A DNA stretch of 64,000 bases. Origin: an uncultured bacterium (GTDB taxonomy: Bacteria; Chloroflexota; UBA5177; JANWHV01). The translations under genes were made by a program, and so were the position numbers. This document shows, piece after piece, positions 9,410-20,400 of the stretch. Each line of letters opens with the position of its first letter. Position 1 is the stretch's first letter. The notes beneath the pieces were generated by a model, which was not told the DNA's origin, did not search any database, and saw only the letters and a program-made list of their open reading frames with translations. The stretch is taken from NCBI GenBank assembly GCA_963729625.1, contig CAVSOU010000008.1, positions 672,001 to 736,000 on the forward strand, read 5' to 3'.

Positions 9410-10600
9410 ATGACGAACGCTGCGGGACTGCCTGATCCGACCGATGCGCGGAGAATCGGCGAGATCGCTCTGAGGTTGATCAAGGAGCCGAGCCTTTCGT
9501 GCCAGGAGCAGGGGGTCGCGCGACTGGTCGCCGAGGAAATGGACCGATTGGGGTTTGCCGTCGCGGTTGACGACATGGGCAACGTCGTCGGCACGCTCGA
9601 CGCAGGACCTGGTCCCTGCATCCTCCTCGATTCGCACCTCGATACGGTCGGCGTCAGCGATCGACCGGCTTGGAGCCATGATCCCGAGGGGGAGCTGGTG
9701 GGCGACTGCCTCTATGGCCGTGGCGCCATGGATATGAAGGGGCCGCTGGCGGCATGCATGTACGGCATCGCGTCCTTGCGCGGGCGATTGCAGCGCGGCA
9801 AAGTGGTCGTGTCGGCGACGATCGCCGAGGAGCTGCTGGAAGGACCGGCAACAGTGCACGTGGCGGAACGCGTGCGGCCGGACGTCGCGATCATCTGCGA
9901 GGCTACATCGCTGCGGATAGCCCATGGCCAGCGCGGCCGCGCCGAGCTCCGGGTAGACGTCTTCGGGCGGTCGACGCACTCGTCGCGCCCTGAGTTGGGT
10001 GTGAACGCCGCGCAAGCTATGGTCGACGTGGTGTCTGTGTTGCGCACGCTGCAGCCGCCACACCATCACGTGCTTGGGGACGGCATCCTGGTGCTGACGG
10101 ATATCATGTCGGTACCGTATCCCGCCAACTCCGTGGTTCCCAACCACTGCATAGCGACATTCGATCGTCGCACGCTGCCGGGCGAGACGCTCGAAGGCGT
10201 GCTTGCGCCGATCGCCCAGGCCCTCGAGCGCGCGCTCGAGGGCAGTGGCGCGCGCGGCACGGTGAGCATCGCCGAAGATGACCTGATCTCGTACTCCGGC
10301 GCGCGCGTCACCGGACCCAATTTCGCGGACGCGTGGTATGTCGCGAAAGAGGATACGCTTGTCCAGTGCGCGATTCGGGCCATGGTTGACGCGGGCATCG
10401 ATCCGTACACCACGCACTATGCGTTCTGTACGAACGGAAGCGGCACTGCCGGAAGCCTGGGCATACCGACGATAGGATTCGGCCCGGGAGACGAGACGCT
10501 TGCTCACCGCCCGGACGAGCACATCGACATCCAGGATCTTGCAGCCGCTGCACGCGGGTACGCGGCTCTCGTCCGGCACCTCATGGCGATGGTGGGCTAG
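9410..10600 (+). CDS. M20 metallo-hydrolase (YgeY-like)
   Basis: DSHLDTV, LYGRGAMDMKG, AEE, GRSTHSSRPELGVNA, FCTNGS, GFGPGDETLAH; SD before ATG 9410. Confidence 0.92.
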   Translation: MTNAAGLPDPTDARRIGEIALRLIKEPSLSCQEQGVARLVAEEMDRLGFAVAVDDMGNVVGTLDAGPGPCILLDSHLDTVGVSDRPAWSHDPEGELVGDCLYGRGAMDMKGPLAACMYGIASLRGRLQRGKVVVSATIAEELLEGPATVHVAERVRPDVAIICEATSLRIAHGQRGRAELRVDVFGRSTHSSRPELGVNAAQAMVDVVSVLRTLQPPHHHVLGDGILVLTDIMSVPYPANSVVPNHCIATFDRRTLPGETLEGVLAPIAQALERALEGSGARGTVSIAEDDLISYSGARVTGPNFADAWYVAKEDTLVQCAIRAMVDAGIDPYTTHYAFCTNGSGTAGSLGIPTIGFGPGDETLAHRPDEHIDIQDLAAAARGYAALVRHLMAMVG

Positions 10601-10606
10601 CCCGCG

Positions 10607-11836
10607 ATGGGCACGGTGACATCGGCGGTGGTCCTGCAGCGCGACCGCCGCGAAGAGCGCTTCGCCGATCCTGAAATGGCAGTGGCGCGGGACGAAGGTG
10701 ACCAGATTGAACTGCACTACGCATATGGACCCAGCCTGATCCCGCCCAAGGCGCCTTCATCCGACGGCATGTGGCGTTACCGCGATCTGCTGCCCCTGGT
10801 TGCAGGCGAGATCCGGTATCCGCTGCCGGTCGGCGGGACACCACTTGTCGCGCCTCCTCAGCTGCGCCAGATCACGGGCCTGCCGCGGTTGTGGCTGAAG
10901 GACGAGACGCGCATGCCAACGGGCTCGAACAAGGATCGCGCCACGGCACTTGTCCTTGAGCAGGCGATGCGCGGCGGAACGCGCATGGTGAGCTGCGCGT
11001 CCACGGGAAACGTCGCGGTCTCGCTCGCTGTTGGGGCGGCAGCGGCCGGCCTGCGTGCCGTCCTCTTTGTTCCGGCCGATACGCGCGAGTCGAAGCTACA
11101 GTTGATGCTGCTCGCCGGCGCAACGGTAATCAGAGTGCGGGAAGGCTACGAGGCGGCGTTCGCGCTGTCGCGCCGCGCCGCGCACGCCTTTGGCTGGTGC
11201 GACAGGAACACGGGCGTGAACCCACTGACGCTGGAAGCGAAGAAGACGGTCGCGTTCGAGATCTGGGAGCAACTCGGGCGCGAGCTTCCGGAGATCGTCG
11301 TGGCGCCAGTCGGCGACGGCGTGACGCTCTGCGCACTGGTTAAAGGGTTTCGCGAATTGAGGGCGTGTGGCGCCACCAATCGATTGCCGAAGGTGATCGG
11401 CGTGCAGGCCGATGGGTGCCAGCCACTTGTGCGGGCATGGCTTACGCGTACGCCGCTCGTACCGGTCGAGCCGGACACCATAGCGGACGGCATTGCCGTT
11501 GGCGCCCCGTTTAGCGGGCCGATGGTGCTTCGCGACATTGATGAGGCGGGTGGAGGGCTCGTGACGGCGTCCAACGCGTCGATGCTGCAAGCAATCCGGA
11601 CACTCGCAGCGTTCGGCGGCGTTCTGGCTGAGCCTGCCGGTGCTACGGCCTTCGCCGGACTGGAGCCGGCGTTGGCGGCGGGGCTGTTCGAGCGCGGCGA
11701 CCGGGTCGTCGCGCTTGTGACGGGGACGGGTCTGAAGAGCCTGCAGTATCTGAAGCCCCAGGCAGCGCCGCTCGAGGTGCAGGGTAAGCTGGACGAGGTC
11801 GAGCGCGCGCTGCAGCAGGCAGGATCGGGTTCGTGA
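10607..11836 (+). CDS. Threonine synthase-like PLP-dependent enzyme (fold type II)
   Basis: GGTPL, LKDE...PTGSNKDR (PLP Lys), CASTGN, PVGDG, AEPAGA, TGTGLK. Confidence 0.9.
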   Translation: MGTVTSAVVLQRDRREERFADPEMAVARDEGDQIELHYAYGPSLIPPKAPSSDGMWRYRDLLPLVAGEIRYPLPVGGTPLVAPPQLRQITGLPRLWLKDETRMPTGSNKDRATALVLEQAMRGGTRMVSCASTGNVAVSLAVGAAAAGLRAVLFVPADTRESKLQLMLLAGATVIRVREGYEAAFALSRRAAHAFGWCDRNTGVNPLTLEAKKTVAFEIWEQLGRELPEIVVAPVGDGVTLCALVKGFRELRACGATNRLPKVIGVQADGCQPLVRAWLTRTPLVPVEPDTIADGIAVGAPFSGPMVLRDIDEAGGGLVTASNASMLQAIRTLAAFGGVLAEPAGATAFAGLEPALAAGLFERGDRVVALVTGTGLKSLQYLKPQAAPLEVQGKLDEVERALQQAGSGS

Positions 11837-12029
11837 CGAGGCGGCTAACCCGTCACGGGAGAATCCACAAGCTCTGACGGTACCAGCACAATTCACGGCA
11901 GCGGCACGAGCGCGTGAGGTCGGGATGTAGCACGACCAGGTCACCGGCGTAAAAGCTATGTCGACGGCGTCGCCAGAACATCGGCAAGAGAATGATGACT
12001 TGGTAGCGGCCTTGACCGCACCCACCGAT

Positions 12030-12052
12030 TGCATTACTAATTGAGTAATGCA
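12030..12052 (+). promoter_or_regulatory. Palindromic operator over the toxin-antitoxin promoter
   Basis: TGCATTACT-AATTG-AGTAATGCA (9-bp inverted repeat) overlapping TTGCAT/CAGAAT promoter-like hexamers, just before AAGGAG SD. Confidence 0.75.
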
Positions 12053-12073
12053 GAATCAGTAAGGAGCAATGCG

Positions 12074-12298
12074 ATGGCGACGGTAACAAGGAAGGGACAG
12101 GTCACTCTACCAAGAGAAGTTCGTAGGGCACTTGGCATCGAAGCGGGCGCCGAGGTTGACTTCGAGGTACGACCTGATGGCGTCCTGCTGAGAAGAACAG
12201 TCCCGCGCGAAGCTTTTGAGCGCTGGCGCGGTTATCTCAAGACGCGCGGTATCGATGCAACAACAGACGAGCTTATGGCAGAGCTTCGCGAACAATGA
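12074..12298 (+). CDS. AbrB/MazE/SpoVT-family antitoxin
   Basis: MATVTRKGQVTLPREVRRALGIEAGAEVDF; ATGA overlap with the toxin. Confidence 0.93.
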   Translation: MATVTRKGQVTLPREVRRALGIEAGAEVDFEVRPDGVLLRRTVPREAFERWRGYLKTRGIDATTDELMAELREQ

Positions 12299-12780
12299 GG
12301 ACGGCAATTGACACGAACGTGCTACTCGATGTTGTAACCAACGACCCGCGCTACTTCGAGCATGCTTGTAACGCCGTCACTCATGCGGTTCAGGCAGGCG
12401 TCGCTCTCGTCAGCCCAATCGTGTACGCGGAGTTGGGAGTGCACTTTGACCAGACGTCGTCTGACCTTGACGCCTTCCTGCAAGACCTTGGTATCACGCT
12501 GGATCCCTTACTGGCCGACAAGACGCTCATGGTTGCCGCGCGGACATGGCGCACCTACTTGCAGACGCGGGGACAGCAAGGGCAGTGCCCTCAGTGTGGT
12601 CAGGTCTTTGACGTCGTTTGCCCGCGTTGCGCTCGACACGTTCCCTGGCGACAACACATGGTGGCTGACTTCCTCGTCGGTGCTCATGCGCTGGCGCAGG
12701 CAGACACACTGCTTACCCGCGACCGCCGTATGTATGAGACGTATTTTCCGAGCCTGACGCTGATGCAACTCGACGAATAG
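12295..12780 (+). CDS. vapC: VapC/PIN-domain toxin with inserted zinc ribbon
   Basis: IDTNVL, YAEL, ADFLVGAHA, LLTRD; CPQC...CPRC insert. Confidence 0.9.
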   Translation: MRTAIDTNVLLDVVTNDPRYFEHACNAVTHAVQAGVALVSPIVYAELGVHFDQTSSDLDAFLQDLGITLDPLLADKTLMVAARTWRTYLQTRGQQGQCPQCGQVFDVVCPRCARHVPWRQHMVADFLVGAHALAQADTLLTRDRRMYETYFPSLTLMQLDE

Positions 12781-12999
12781 GAACACAATCACCCAGGAGG
12801 ATCAGTACCGTGCGTTCTCACCAGCTACTCCGCTTGCCCGAATGATGATTTCGTGCACGTTTCCGCTTTTTCGCGATCACACGCACTCCTTGCACCATAC
12901 CATGGCCGCGGATAAGTTTCCGCATCTCTAGCGAAGCTTGCGAGTGCGCTGTAATGGGTTTTACATGCTGCGGAGGGCCCGCAAGCGGCCCCATGCCAG

Positions 13000-13944
13000 T
13001 TACGACCCGCTCGCCGTTTCCCCGGCGAGCCGGCCCTGAAGTAACCGCTTGTGTAGCTTGCAGACGACCGTGTACGCCGGATCAAACACGTTGCCGATGT
13101 CGTAGCGCACGCAGTGACCGAGCAGGAGGCGCGCGCCCAGCGGATCCAGGGCGATATCCTGCATGAGCCACCGCCCCATCTCGGTCGTGGCATGCTGCAA
13201 TGCCTGGTCCAGTGGGCGGGCATTGCCGACGGTAAAGATATATTCCTCGTTCTCACCGCACGGCCATCCAATTCGCTTCGCCTTGAGCACACGGACGGTG
13301 AACTGCACATGCATCGAAACCTCAATTCCGGTGCCGAGAATCTCGCCGTCCCCTTGTACCGCGTGGCCGTCTCCAAGATGAAAGAGCGCTCCCGGAACGA
13401 AGACTGGAAAATAGGCCGTGACACCAACGCCGAAGCCGCGGTAGTCCATATTGCCGCCGTATACGCCAGATGTCGCAGTCGAGATCGCCTGGCCAAGAGC
13501 GGGGGCGACGCCGAAGCAGCCCAGCATGGGCTCAAGCGGCAACGTAAATGTGCCCAACCGCGTTTCCGGTCCGAGCAGCGTGGCGGTGCCGGCTGCGACG
13601 TCCATGTGCCACTCCGCCTCGGGTCCCTCGCGGGGAAAAGCGGGCACTGCATCAGGGTCGAGGACGTTTGGAGCCAGCACGGTGGAGCTCCAACCCCTGT
13701 CGCGGCTGGGGACGATTCGGTCGATATGCACTGCCAGCGTGTCGCCGGGCTCGGCGCCTTCGACGAAGAACGGTCCCGTCTGCGGATTGCCGGGCTGGCT
13801 CAACTGCGTGCCGCGCGCATCAATGCCATGCGCATCGAGTGTGGAAGTGATGACCGTGTCCCCGTCCGCGATGCGAAGTACCGGCTCGTGGGAGCCGAGG
13901 GTCAGGTGGTAGTGCGTGGGCTGAAACTCATGGCTGGCCATCAT
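13000..13944 (-). CDS. Acetamidase/formamidase family protein
   Basis: NPQTGPFFVEGAEPGDTL, GGNMD, LFHLGDGHAVQGDGE. Confidence 0.93.
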   Translation of the reverse strand: MMASHEFQPTHYHLTLGSHEPVLRIADGDTVITSTLDAHGIDARGTQLSQPGNPQTGPFFVEGAEPGDTLAVHIDRIVPSRDRGWSSTVLAPNVLDPDAVPAFPREGPEAEWHMDVAAGTATLLGPETRLGTFTLPLEPMLGCFGVAPALGQAISTATSGVYGGNMDYRGFGVGVTAYFPVFVPGALFHLGDGHAVQGDGEILGTGIEVSMHVQFTVRVLKAKRIGWPCGENEEYIFTVGNARPLDQALQHATTEMGRWLMQDIALDPLGARLLLGHCVRYDIGNVFDPAYTVVCKLHKRLLQGRLAGETASGS

Positions 13945-14186
13945 TTCTCTCTCAATCGTGTCGGAGTTGCTCTCGAGAATCGGAGCGCCAGTATGGATCA
14001 TACGTCCGGGCCTACCCCCGCGCAACGAAAGTGCACGCAGATATTGAGCACGCGCTCAGGGGCCGGGATCTCGTGACGGCGGCTTGCGGGCCTCGAGCTG
14101 CTCGCCAGCTTACCAGTACTCTGCGACCATTTGCCGGAAGGCCGTCGACGCTGCAGCCGCGCCGTGCTTCGCGTCCGGGGCTACGC

Positions 14187-14780
14187 TCAGGCCGGAGCGG
14201 GTACCGCGTGTGAAGCGCTGGCCGGGATCCCTGGCACGCCGAACACCGGATGCGGCATTCGCGCACCCGGAAGGGGCGGGACGAACGATCTCGAAATCGT
14301 TCCTGGTGATACGGGTACGTCCGCGATCGTTGCGTCTCGGGCAGAGCGCGACCGGCGGTGCACGAGGACGGGTGCCCTGGCGAGCACGGCCGCGAGGATG
14401 GCGCTTTCTCCTGCGCTTACCGGCACTTTGAGCGGCGCGAGCGAGCGCGCAGGCACTTCGACAGTCAAGCTCAGGCAGAGCAGATCGCGAGATCTCCCCG
14501 ATCCGGCGATCAGGAGCGCGTCGAAGCGCCAGATCTCGTGCAGCGCAGTCACCAACTGCGCGGTATGCCGGGCGCGAGCCTGCAGCCACTCAGAAGCACA
14601 TACGAGCTTTCCGCTTCGCGATCGTCTTGACCCTGCGCCGGGCGCCTCTGCATACGCGGTGAACTCCAAAGCGTCTTCAATGGTGGTCCCGCGAACTGCA
14701 AATACGCGCGAACGTGTTTCATCGAACAGAATCACACCGATGCATGGACTCGAGCTTGAATGTGCAGACGTCTCGACCAT
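14187..14780 (-). CDS. baeRF/host-attachment-like protein, copy 2
   Basis: IGVILFDETRSRVFAVRGTTIEDA...HTAQLV...FDALLIAG...VSAGESAILAA, paralog of 2029-2625; AGAGGAG SD. Confidence 0.55.
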   Translation of the reverse strand: MVETSAHSSSSPCIGVILFDETRSRVFAVRGTTIEDALEFTAYAEAPGAGSRRSRSGKLVCASEWLQARARHTAQLVTALHEIWRFDALLIAGSGRSRDLLCLSLTVEVPARSLAPLKVPVSAGESAILAAVLARAPVLVHRRSRSARDATIADVPVSPGTISRSFVPPLPGARMPHPVFGVPGIPASASHAVPAPA

Positions 14781-15042
14781 TGTCCGATCTCCTCTGAACG
14801 CCGATGGAAAGTGGCTGGTACGAAGGCTCGCACGAAGAGTGGTAACAATAGCGTGGGAGCTACGCCTCATTGCGTCGCTGGGGGTGATCGTGGACCTGGC
14901 TATCATACGCCTGGTCGGCGCGGTTGTCCAGTGTTTGGACGCTTGATCCCCATGGCTCACCCCTTTCGTTTCCTTTCGGTCACGACAAATCGATTAGAGG
15001 CGCAGGGTGACTCCTGCAGCGATGGGAATCGGGACTCGAGCG

Positions 15043-15378
15043 TCAGACTGTCGGGCCCGCCTGAGCCGACTCAAACTGCTCCCGCGAGATCAGCGAGCAG
15101 CGTTCAGTGCGTGACTCCACGACATGATACGACGAGTCGAAAGTCACATGGAGGTACATGAGGTTCTGGCACGACGATCCGAGTACCTCTTTATGCAGGG
15201 TTCGCACCCCGCGCTCCGATCCGTCGGGATAGTCAATGTAGACATCCGTCTGGGGGGTAGCGCGCACGTGAAGCTTTTCACCACACTTGACACACTGCAC
15301 ATAGAAATGCAACCCATGCTGATCACCGCCACCGGCAGCAGGCCGTCTGCCGCCGAACAACCGCGAGAAGAAACCCAC
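15043..15378 (-). CDS. Small hypothetical protein with CxxC motif
   Basis: MGFFSRLFGG amphipathic start, VQCVKCGE, further Cys residues; GGAGAG SD. Confidence 0.8.
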   Translation of the reverse strand: MGFFSRLFGGRRPAAGGGDQHGLHFYVQCVKCGEKLHVRATPQTDVYIDYPDGSERGVRTLHKEVLGSSCQNLMYLHVTFDSSYHVVESRTERCSLISREQFESAQAGPTV

Positions 15379-15597
15379 TTGACTCTCTCCATTCGCAAAA
15401 GAGGCGGACGACGGCGAGCGTGACGCACCGAGCGAACCACAATTCCTCTCGCTTCCGCGCGGGCGAATCCAGCTGCTCGATCGACTACTTTGACCTTGTC
15501 ATGGTACAGGCAGAATGAACGTGAACTGCAACAAAGACACGCAGTGGGGCAGAGAGTCTCTCCGCCCCACCGTTCTCCACGCCAGGCTCCGTGCCGG

Positions 15598-16890
15598 TTA
15601 CCTCGTCCCAGCCAAGCTCACCTCGCGCTGCTGCGCGGGCAACGCGGTCTGGTCCCTCAAGTCGGTCCAGCGATCCTGCAGGCTTTCGAGGGCGACGACA
15701 TAGGCAGCCTGGCGGAGGCTGGGATGGTACGTCTCAGCTGTCCGCAGCACTTTGGCCACGGCGGCATCCATCTTCGCGCGCAGCTTCTCGTGCACTTCCT
15801 CGACGGTCCAGTGCTCGTCGTGCAAGTTCTGATACCACTCGAAGTAGCTGACTGCCACGCCCCCGGCATTTGCGAGTACGTCGGGCAGAACGGTCACGCC
15901 TTTCCGCCGCAGAATAGCGTCGGCCTCCATCGTTATCGGCCCGTTCGCCAGCTCGAGCACAATGCTCGCCTTCACGTTCTCGGCGATGGGACCCGTGAGG
16001 CTATCTTCCAGCGCCGCGGGCACGAGGATATCGACCGGGAGCACCAGGAGCTCTTCGGAAGTGATTGCCTGGCCGATTGCGCCTTTGACGGTCCTCGTCG
16101 TGTCCTTGATGCGCTCCAGCTCATCCAGGTCCGCGATGCCGGCAGGAAAGTAGCAACCGCCCTGTGAGTCGGAGGCGGCGACGACGCGGCATCCCTGCTC
16201 GGTGAGCAGTCTGGCGGCGATCCGTCCGGCGTTGCCGTAGCCCTGCACGGCGACGGTCATGCCGGTAGGCTCCTTGCCGCGCGCCCGCAGGTAGGCTAGC
16301 AGCGCATAGACGCCGCCCAGGGCCGTAGCTTCATTTCTCCCCAGCGAGCCGCCATCGACAATGGCCTTACCGGTCACCACCGCGGGCGCCGACCGGCCGG
16401 TCACCTTGCCGTATTCGTCCATAATCCAGGCCATCACCTGCGGATTCGTGTTCACGTCGGGCGCGGGGACATCCTTCAGCGGGCCGATCACGTCGGCAAT
16501 TCGCCTCGTGAACATCCGGGTCAGCTGCTCGAGCTCGCCCGCGGAGAGTTGCTTGGGGTCGACGGCTATGCCGCCCTTGCCTCCGCCCATCGGAATGTCG
16601 ATCACCGCGCACTTGATCGTCATCCACAGGGCGAGAGCCTTCACCTCATCCAGGCACACGTTCTGATGGAACCGCAGGCCGCCTTTGTAAGGCCCCCGGA
16701 GGTTACTGTGCTGCACGCGATAGCCGGAGAACACGGCAGGCTCACCGGAATCGCGATGCAAAGGGAGCGAGACCTCGACCGTGCGCTCGGGCGCCAAGAG
16801 TGAAGCGAGAAGCAGAGGATCCACTACTGTGAGAGTTGCCGCGTCCTGAACTTGTTGCTGGGCTTTCGCCCAGGCACTGATCGTTTCCAC
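15598..16890 (-). CDS. gdhA: Glu/Leu/Phe/Val dehydrogenase (probably glutamate dehydrogenase)
   Basis: GYRVQH, KGGLRFH, GGGKGG, DVPAPDVNT, QGYGNAG, NAGGVAVSYFEW; GTG 16890 after GGAGG. Confidence 0.9.
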   Translation of the reverse strand: METISAWAKAQQQVQDAATLTVVDPLLLASLLAPERTVEVSLPLHRDSGEPAVFSGYRVQHSNLRGPYKGGLRFHQNVCLDEVKALALWMTIKCAVIDIPMGGGKGGIAVDPKQLSAGELEQLTRMFTRRIADVIGPLKDVPAPDVNTNPQVMAWIMDEYGKVTGRSAPAVVTGKAIVDGGSLGRNEATALGGVYALLAYLRARGKEPTGMTVAVQGYGNAGRIAARLLTEQGCRVVAASDSQGGCYFPAGIADLDELERIKDTTRTVKGAIGQAITSEELLVLPVDILVPAALEDSLTGPIAENVKASIVLELANGPITMEADAILRRKGVTVLPDVLANAGGVAVSYFEWYQNLHDEHWTVEEVHEKLRAKMDAAVAKVLRTAETYHPSLRQAAYVVALESLQDRWTDLRDQTALPAQQREVSLAGTR

Positions 16891-17439
16891 CCGTAGCCTC
16901 CATACCAGGCGCAACTCGCTGGGCCACACGCCCATGAACGAGGATGACACCCACTGCTCTGTGGGTGCGCCGATCATCCGCAACTCCGGGGATGCTTGGT
17001 CCGGGACCAGCTACAGCTTGCCACACACGAACCCGCCGGCGCATCAGCGCGTCCGGCTCTCCGCGTCTATGGGTACAGACATGCCAATCTGCTGGCCGGT
17101 GTCTGCCCGCGGCTGGTTTCCCGGCATACGGGAAATACTCTCCCAGCTCGAATTTGTGTGCGTTAGCCCCCTACTCGCTCTCAGTCCGTCGCTCGGATCA
17201 TGCGAAACAGTCCGCCAATTCGCATCCTACGCTGGGGCCAGACCACTGTCAATGTGCATTTGGCTCAGGCGATCGGCCCTTATTGCGTGCTGTGCGTATC
17301 TTGAGCACTGCATTTCCTCGCCTGCAACGCCGGATCGCACTGACCAATGGACCCCCAACCGACCCCCGTTATGCTACGGCGGCGAAGTCACGCACGTGCT
17401 AGTATCGAGGCGAGAGAACGTCCTGCGGGAGGCGAACCA

Positions 17440-20400
17440 ATGAAGGGGCGCATCGTACCACTCGATGGCAATGAAGCGATCGCGAATGTGGCGTACCAAG
17501 TTAGTGACGTTATAGCTATCTACCCGATCACGCCTGCGTCGCTCATGGGCGAATGGGCGGATGAGCAGGCATCAAAGGGCGTGAGGAACCTGTGGGGCAC
17601 AGTGCCGTCGGTGCTTGAGATGCAGAGCGAGGGCGGCGTCGCGGGAGTAGTGCACGGTGCGCTGCAAACTGGATCGCTGGCGACCAGCTTCACGTCGTCG
17701 CAAGGCCTCTTGCTGATGATCCCGAACATGTTCAAGATCGCTGGCGAGCTGCTGCCGGCCGTGTTCCACGTCGCCGCGCGCGCAGTCGCCACGCACGCGA
17801 TCTCGATGTTCGGCGATCACAGCGATGTGATGTCCGCGCGGTCAACCGGCTGGGCAATGCTGAGCTCAAGCTCGGTACAGGAGGCGCAGGATCTGGCCCT
17901 TATCGCCCACTGCTCGACACTGGAGTCTCGCATCCCGTTCCTTCACTTCATCGACGGATTCAGGACATCGCACGAGGTCAATACGATCGCCCCGCTAGAG
18001 GACGAGCACGTGCGTGCGATGATGGACGACGATTGTGTGCTTGCGCACCGCGCACGCGGCCTCTCGCCCGACCACCCCGTGGTGCGCGGCACCGTGCAGA
18101 ACCCGGACGTCTACTTCCAGGGGCGCGAAGCGTCGAACACGCTCTACGCAGGCTGTGCCGGCATCGTGCAGCGAGTCATGGAGCGGTTTGGCGCGCTGAC
18201 CGGCCGCTGCTATGACCTGTTTGACTATGCAGGGGCGCCCGACGCGGAGCGCGTGATCGTGCTGATGGGATCCGGGGCCGAGGCGGCTCAGGAGACCGTT
18301 GACTACTTGTCCGCCCACGGCGAGAAGGTGGGCATGGTCCGCGTCCACCTCTACCGTCCGTTCGACGTCAGGAGCTTCATGGAAGCTTTGCCCCCCACGA
18401 CGCGGGTCGTGGGCGTGCTCGACCGTACCAAGGAACCCGGGGCCGCGGGCGAGCCGCTCTATCTGGACTGCCTTGCGGCGCTGTGCGAAGGCCTCGCCGC
18501 TGCATGGGGCACGCTGCGGACGATGCCCATGGTAGTTGGAGGCCGCTACGGCCTGGCCTCCAAAGAGTTCAATCCGGCCATGGTGAAGGCGGTCTTCGAG
18601 AATCTGGCACAGGCACGGCCGAAGAATCACTTTACGATCGGCATCGACGACGATGTGACACATACGAGCCTGGCATACGATCCGGCCTTCTCAGTCGAGC
18701 CGGAGGACGCCGTGCGCGCAGTGTTCTACGGCCTCGGCTCTGACGGCACCGTGAGTGCCAACAAGAGCTCGATAAAGATCATAGCCGAGGAGACCGGTCA
18801 GTACGCGCAAGGGTATTTTGTCTACGATACCAGGAAATCCGGCACCCTCACGGTCTCCCATTTGCGCGCCGGCATCGTGCCGATCCGGTCGACGTATCTC
18901 ATAGACCGGGCCAATTTCGTGGCGTGCCATCAGCCGGTATTCCTGGAACGCTACGACATGCTCCGCCAGATCGGGCCCGGCGGCACATTCCTGCTCAACA
19001 CTACCCGTGGTCCAGATACTGTATGGCAGTATCTTCCACGAAGTGTGCAGGATGCCGTTGTGCAGCAGAAACTTGAGTTCTACGTCATCGACGCGGCAGC
19101 CGTCGCGCACGCCGCCGGCCTGCACGGCCGCGTCAACATCGTGATGCAGACGTGTTTCTTCGCTCTGTCCAACATGCTGCCACGCGAGCAGGCGATACAA
19201 GCAATCAAGAGATCGATCGTCAAGACATATCACCGGCAGGGCGAGGAGATCATCAAGATGGATCTGGCTGCCGTCGACCGCAGCCTGGCAAACCTGCACA
19301 AGGTGCGCGTGCCGCAGTCCGCGGATAGTACGTTCGAGCTCAGGGAGCCGGTGCCGGAGCGCGCGCCTCGCTTCGTGCGCGAGGTCCTCGGCGAGATCAT
19401 CGCCGGTCGAGGCGATGCGCTGTCGGTCAGTCGCCTGCCGCTCGACGGCACCTTCCCTACCGGCACCACCAGGTGGGAGAAGCGGAACCTGGCCCACGAG
19501 ATTCCTGTCTGGGAGCCGGACATCTGCATTCAGTGCGGCAAGTGCGCGATGGTCTGCCCGCACGCGGCCATCCGCATCAAGGCATATGATTCTGCCGTGC
19601 TTGAGGGCGCCCCAGCGACGTTCAAGGCCATGAACGCGCACGACAAGGTGTTTCAGGGCCAGAAGTACACCATCCAGGTGGCGCCGGAGGATTGCACCGG
19701 GTGTGCCATTTGCGTGGACGTTTGCCCGGCTAAAAGCAAGTCGGAGACCAGGCTCAAGGCGTTGCACATGCAGCCGCAGCCTCAGCTACGCGAGCAAGAG
19801 CGCGACAACTGGGAGTTCTTCGTCGCTATTCCCGAAGTCGACCGCCGGCTGGTCAATGCCTCGAGCATCCGCCAGCAACAGCTGCAGCAGCCGTTGTTCG
19901 AGTTCTCAGGCGCATGCTCAGGCTGCGGCGAAACTCCTTACGTCAAATTGCTCACGCAGCTGTTTGGCGACCGCCTGATCATCGCCAATGCTTCCGGTTG
20001 CTCGTCGGTATTCGGCGGCACTTTGCCGACCTGTGCCTGGACGACCAACGCGGAAGGCCGCGGGCCGGCGTGGGCGAATTCGCTGTTCGAGGACAACGCC
20101 GAGTTTGGCATGGGCTTCCGTGTGTCGATTGATAAGCAGCGCGCCTATGCCGAGGAGCTGCTGCGCAGGATGGCGCCGACAGTCGGCGAGCGCCTGGTGA
20201 GCGACATCCTGGCGGCCGACCAGCACGACGAAGCCGGGATTACCGCCCAGAGGTCGCACGTCTCGGCTCTCAAGGCATGTCTGGCCGGCGCCGCCGGCCT
20301 CGAGGCAAGGCACCTTCTGCACGTCGCCGACATGCTGGTCAGGCGCAGCGTTTGGATCGTGGGTGGCGATGGCTGGGCCTACGATATCGGCTACGGCGGC

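Noticed and set aside
9410-10600. Selenocysteine or selenium system implied by the YgeY-like call
   Set aside because: No in-frame TGA and no selD or related genes in the window
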